NCBI RefSeq assembly: GCF_056712565.1
Contig: NZ_CM160072.1
Direction: 5' to 3' (one strand)
DNA: 64,000 nt
Positions 59,708 to 64,000 of this stretch are shown in pieces. The notes below the pieces were generated by a model. The model was not told the DNA's origin and did no database searches. It was given only the letters and a program-made list of their open reading frames with translations. How positions within the stretch are numbered: the stretch's first letter is position 1; every line of letters starts with the position of its first letter. A program made the translations under genes and the position numbers.

Positions 59708-61222
59708 TCAGGCAACTGCCTGGCTGACTTTAGGCATCGCAAGGCTCAGTGCCTGACGCTCATCTGCCTGCTCGTGTAACAATTCACCGGCGATTTCGCC
59801 TTCCCGCATCACCACAATCCGGTCGGCAACGCCGAGGACTTCAGGTAAGTCGCTGGAGGCAAACAGCACCGCCACACCCTGCGCCGCCAGCGCATAAATC
59901 ACGTTGTAAATTTCATGCTTAGCACCAACATCAATGCCACGCGTAGGTTCATCCAGCAAAATGACCTTCATCTCTTCCGATAACCAGCGGCCCAGAATGG
60001 CTTTTTGCTGATTTCCGCCTGAGAGATTCATGATCAGTTGCTCAGCGCCCGGCGTTTTGATGTTGAGCGAACGAATGTGGTGATCGGCATTGTTTTCTTC
60101 CCAACCGTTGTTGATTACACAACCGCCAAGCACATGTTTACGTCTGGCACTGATGTTGATATTGTCGCGAACGGAGTGCACGGGAATAATGCCTTCCGCT
60201 TTGCGATCTTCCGGGCAGAGCATCATGCCTGCGGCAATGGCGTGGCTCGGTTTACGAATATCGATCGGCTGTTGGTCGATATAAACCTGACCGGCGGTGA
60301 TTTGCGTCCCGCCAAACATGCCTTTCATTAATTCGCTACGCCCTGCCCCGACCAGACCAAACAGACCGACAATTTCTCCACTGCGAACCGCCAGACTTAT
60401 TGGCGTACGCACGCCTGGTGCTTTCACAGCATCAAGACGCAGCCGCTCCTCGCCATAACTACGCGGTTGCCAGCCGTAGATATCGCCAATGTCGCGCCCG
60501 ACCATCGCCTGCACCAGTGCGTCGTGGTCAACCTGCTGCATATCGGTAAAGGTTTTGACATAACGCCCATCTTTAAAGACGGTGATGGCATCGCTGAGGG
60601 CAAATATTTCTTCCATACGGTGAGAAACGTATAAGATCACCCGCCCCTCTTTTCGCAGTTCACGAATAACGCGGAAAAGATTGTCGATTTCGCGGGCAGA
60701 GAGGGAGCTGGTTGGCTCATCAAAGGCGATAATTTTGGCGTTACGCGCCAGCGCTTTGGCGATTTCAACCATCTGCCACTGACCAATGGAGAGATATTTC
60801 AGCGGCGTGTCCGGGTCAATATCCATACCAAGATGTTTAATTTGTAAACCTGCCTCATAATTCAGCAATGAACGATTCACAATGCCGCCTTTATGCGGCA
60901 GCTGGCCGAGATAGATGTTTTCCGCGACGGTCATTTCCGGCACGAGATGCAGTTCCTGATAAATAATCGCCACACCCGCGTTAAGTGCTGCGGTCGTGTC
61001 GGAAAAGGACATTTCCTGCCCATTAATCACTACAGAACCCGTGGTTGGCGCATAGTTTCCGCTGAGGATTTTTAAGAGAGTTGATTTTCCTGCGCCATTT
61101 TCACCCATCAACGCATGAACCTGACCGGCATAGCAGTCAAAACTAATATCCGTCAGCGCCTTAACGCCGGGAAACGTTTTACCGATGCCGCGAAATGAGA
61201 GATACGGGGTAGACTGTTGCAT
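59708..61222 (-). CDS. araG: L-arabinose ABC transporter ATP-binding protein (duplicated ABC domains)
   Basis: Start taken at [19 protein letters not shown] (504 aa); two Walker A motifs ([19 protein letters not shown]). Confidence 0.95.
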   Translation of the reverse strand: MQQSTPYLSFRGIGKTFPGVKALTDISFDCYAGQVHALMGENGAGKSTLLKILSGNYAPTTGSVVINGQEMSFSDTTAALNAGVAIIYQELHLVPEMTVAENIYLGQLPHKGGIVNRSLLNYEAGLQIKHLGMDIDPDTPLKYLSIGQWQMVEIAKALARNAKIIAFDEPTSSLSAREIDNLFRVIRELRKEGRVILYVSHRMEEIFALSDAITVFKDGRYVKTFTDMQQVDHDALVQAMVGRDIGDIYGWQPRSYGEERLRLDAVKAPGVRTPISLAVRSGEIVGLFGLVGAGRSELMKGMFGGTQITAGQVYIDQQPIDIRKPSHAIAAGMMLCPEDRKAEGIIPVHSVRDNINISARRKHVLGGCVINNGWEENNADHHIRSLNIKTPGAEQLIMNLSGGNQQKAILGRWLSEEMKVILLDEPTRGIDVGAKHEIYNVIYALAAQGVAVLFASSDLPEVLGVADRIVVMREGEIAGELLHEQADERQALSLAMPKVSQAVA

Positions 61223-61291
61223 AACGTCTCCGTGAATCACTGGTCGTTCACACCCCCTCTGCATCATGCAGAGGGGAATTTTTCCGGCAAA

Positions 61292-62281
61292 TTACTTACC
61301 GCCTAAACCTTTTTTCTCCAGTTCTTCTTTAAAGTTGTCACGCGTGATCAGCACCACGTCGGTAACTTCGGTGAATTTGGTCGGTTCAACACCTTTTGCA
61401 ACCCAGTTGTAAAGCATTTCGCTGGACTTATAACCATGTACGTCCGGGCTTGGCAGCAGGGAACCGTAGAAGCCGGTTGCCTGTGCCTTAGACAGTTCAC
61501 TCACCGCATCCACACCGTTAATACCGATACCGATGATATCGCTCGCTTTAAAGCCCTGACCTTCCGTCGCGCGTACGCCGCCCAGCACGGTGCTGTCGTT
61601 CATACCGACAATCAGCCAATGTTTAACTTCCGGATGTTGAACCAGCATTGAGTTGGCAGCGTCAAATGCCCCCGGGATGTCGTTAGATTTGGTAGGTACC
61701 TGATAAATTTGTTTTTCCGGGAATCCTGCAGCTTTCAGCGCATCCATAGACCCCGTAGTACGGCGACGAGCCGTATCCAGTTCGTTGGAGGTAATCGCCA
61801 TCACCGCGCTTTCTTTGACATCCCAGCCACGTTTCTGCATCTCTTTATACAGTTCCTGGCCCTGACGTTCGCCAATTTTGGTCGCAGCCATCATCACCAG
61901 CGGAACGGTATCCATTGGCTTACCTTTGGCGTTAACAAACTGGTCATCCACGGCAATGACTTTCATATCGTAGCCACGCGCTTTCGCCACGATGGCAGAG
62001 CCGAGTTTCGGGTCCGGAGTACAAATAACGAAACCTTTCGCGCCACTGGCAGCCAGGCTGTCGATAGCGTTCAATGTTTTTTCGCCATCCGGCACGGCAA
62101 TCTTAATAACTTCAAACCCTAAATCCTTCCCGGCTTTATCGGCAAACTTCCATTCGGTCTGGAACCACGGCTCTTCCGGTTGCTTCACCAGGAAACCGAG
62201 CTTCAGGTTCTCCGCCATAGCGGATTGTGACATAACGGCTGCCAGACCAATGGCTGCCAGGGCTTTAGTAAATTTGTGCAT
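61292..62281 (-). CDS. araF: L-arabinose-binding periplasmic protein
   Basis: Start taken at MHKFTKALAAIGLAAVMSQSAMA (329 aa) with signal peptide. Confidence 0.95.
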   Translation of the reverse strand: MHKFTKALAAIGLAAVMSQSAMAENLKLGFLVKQPEEPWFQTEWKFADKAGKDLGFEVIKIAVPDGEKTLNAIDSLAASGAKGFVICTPDPKLGSAIVAKARGYDMKVIAVDDQFVNAKGKPMDTVPLVMMAATKIGERQGQELYKEMQKRGWDVKESAVMAITSNELDTARRRTTGSMDALKAAGFPEKQIYQVPTKSNDIPGAFDAANSMLVQHPEVKHWLIVGMNDSTVLGGVRATEGQGFKASDIIGIGINGVDAVSELSKAQATGFYGSLLPSPDVHGYKSSEMLYNWVAKGVEPTKFTEVTDVVLITRDNFKEELEKKGLGGK

Positions 62282-63077
62282 GGTTCTCTCCAGCTTTAGT
62301 GTCGTTTTGTGTAGGGCAAAAACGAATGACATTCGTTAAATTAATCGGAAAACAAAGCATTACCTTTTAACTAAAAGATAAGTGACTGTGTTGACATAGT
62401 TTTAGCGAGAAATTAATTCTCCATAGGAGAGCAATATCACATCGCAGAATTACAGTGAAAACGTGCATAAATTTAGCGGGAAAAGACATAAGGAAAAGCG
62501 AATTTGTCAGACAAATTATCGAGTGCACAGCAGAATAATCCATAAGATTAGCCTGGAAGTCCTTGTTGTCTTTGGTACCCATGCGGGATGTCTTCTTTTT
62601 AACCAGTCAATAGGCCTCATTACCTGGCGTTGAGTTTTTGCAATGGTGTAATAACCGCAACTTAAAGATGTGGAAAATGCGCGTCATTCATTTCGCCATT
62701 AATTATCACTGTACTCATTAATTAACAGAACACGTATAATGAGAGCTATATCGCAAAAATGAAAAAACGTTTTATAAAATCATTGCTTCATCATGAATTC
62801 AAATTCATCGATTAATATCAACAAGATACAAAAAGCACCATCATTAAAATTCATTACAGTTACATTGATTTCATCAATGAAATGTAAAAATATATAAACT
62901 TGATGATTTAAGCATTTTCTTATACCCGTTCAGACGTTATTCTTATTTCAGATCATCGTCAGAATTGACTCCACGATCACATTTCGGACCGGCAGAAAGG
63001 AATTATTCTGCAAACAGTAATTATGGTGTTTTGATTTATCTTGCACCTCTCCACTTCTGGATATAAGGATATTAGGT

Positions 63078-63581
63078 ATGGCAACCGCTGGAATGCTTCT
63101 CAAACTCAACTCTCAAATGAACCGCGAGTTTTACGCATCCAATCTCTACCTTCACCTGAGTAACTGGTGTTCTGAACAGAGTCTGAACGGCACCGCCACT
63201 TTCCTTCGCGCCCAGGCACAGAGTAATGTGACCCAAATGATGCGCATGTTTAACTTTATGAAGAGTGTCGGCGCTACCCCCATCGTTAAAGCCATTGATG
63301 TTCCCGGTGAAAAACTGAACTCTCTGGAAGAACTGTTCCAAAAAACGATGGAAGAATACGAGCAACGTTCAAGCACGCTGGCGCAGTTAGCCGATGAAGC
63401 GAAAGAACTGAATGATGATTCAACCGTCAATTTCCTGCGCGATCTGGAAAAAGAACAGCAGCATGATGGCCTGTTACTGCAAACCATTCTTGATGAAGTG
63501 CGCAGTGCGAAACTTGCTGGTATGTGTCCTGTGCAGACCGACCAACATGTTCTGAATGTCGTGTCGCATCAGCTACATTGA
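63078..63581 (+). CDS. ftnB: Ferritin-like protein FtnB
   Basis: 167-aa ORF matching FtnB. Confidence 0.9.
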   Translation: MATAGMLLKLNSQMNREFYASNLYLHLSNWCSEQSLNGTATFLRAQAQSNVTQMMRMFNFMKSVGATPIVKAIDVPGEKLNSLEELFQKTMEEYEQRSSTLAQLADEAKELNDDSTVNFLRDLEKEQQHDGLLLQTILDEVRSAKLAGMCPVQTDQHVLNVVSHQLH

Positions 63582-63586
63582 TCATC

Positions 63587-63660
63587 ATCGGCGCTAATGC
63601 ATTGCGCCGATGAAGTTTTTGAGAAACCGCTGCCTCATTTTTTTGAAGCAGCGGTTTTTT
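63587..63660 (+). terminator. Tandem hairpins downstream of ftnB, overlapping the yecJ stop
   Basis: CATCGGCGC...GCGCCGATG followed by AGTTTTT, then AAACCGCTGC...GCAGCGGTTT followed by TTT. Confidence 0.7.
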
Positions 63661-63910
63661 AATGGGATTCGCCCTGTGGGGTAAACTTGAGTTCAATCAA
63701 CGCGATGGCTTTTTGGATTGCCCGCATGGTGACCGGGTCTGCGGCGGCGGGATGGTTAGTAAAGTCGATATTCTTCAGCTGGCTGGACATTTTTTCGCGA
63801 ACTTCAACGGGCGCGATCACATCGAGAACATCCAGAATTTGTTTGATAACCAACTGGCAAGCAACCACATCAGAAACCAGTTCCTGATCGGCATTCAGCG
63901 GCTGGGACAT
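63659..63910 (-). CDS. yecJ: DUF2766 family protein YecJ
   Basis: 83-aa ORF matching YecJ. Confidence 0.88.
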
Positions 63911-64000
63911 CGTAAACTCCTGATAGCATTTTGAAAGCCTTTATAGTAGCGGCTTCACATCTTCAGCGATAGTCACATCCACCGTCATCAGAACACAAAA

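Noticed and set aside
62403-62490. TAGC...TCCATA-like sequences upstream of araF, considered as AraC half-sites
   Set aside because: Spacing and orientation did not fit the TAGC-N7-TCCATA half-site cleanly in my reading, so I did not list them as features; a matrix scan would be needed.
62367-62582. 71-aa minus-strand ORF in the araF-ftnB intergenic region
   Set aside because: Sits in the AT-rich araFGH promoter region, no ribosome binding site, composition unlike neighbouring genes; more likely regulatory DNA than a gene.

Overview
The window reads as a contiguous stretch of Escherichia coli core chromosome, from the 3' end of rsmF through pphA, purT, eda-edd-zwf, pykA, znuACB, ruvABC, aspS, cmoAB, torYZ and argS into the flagellar/chemotaxis region (flhEAB, cheZYBR, tar, cheWA, motBA, flhCD), then uspC, otsAB, araHGF, ftnB and yecJ. 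I could place 66 protein-coding genes (one 5'-truncated by the window edge), one pseudogene, three small RNAs (SdsR and its antisense partner RyeA, and a MotR-like sRNA), sigma-28 promoters, LexA, Zur, PurR and CRP sites, REP/BIME repeats and about a dozen intrinsic terminators. All gene calls rest on reading the supplied ORF translations and the raw sequence and on recalled knowledge of E. coli proteins; no database search or alignment was run. I did not find a previously undescribed system: there is no integrase, transposase, tRNA, CRISPR array, restriction or toxin cluster, and gene order is collinear with what I recall for K-12. The differences from K-12 are losses rather than gains: tap is reduced to a frameshifted remnant of about 230 bp, yecT is absent between argS and flhE, and there is no IS element upstream of flhD. 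The tap loss suggests a non-K-12, possibly B2/uropathogenic-type background, but that is inference only. The most interesting regulatory features are a sigma-28 promoter inside the flhC coding sequence that would produce a MotR-like leader sRNA, and the SdsR/RyeA antisense pair.
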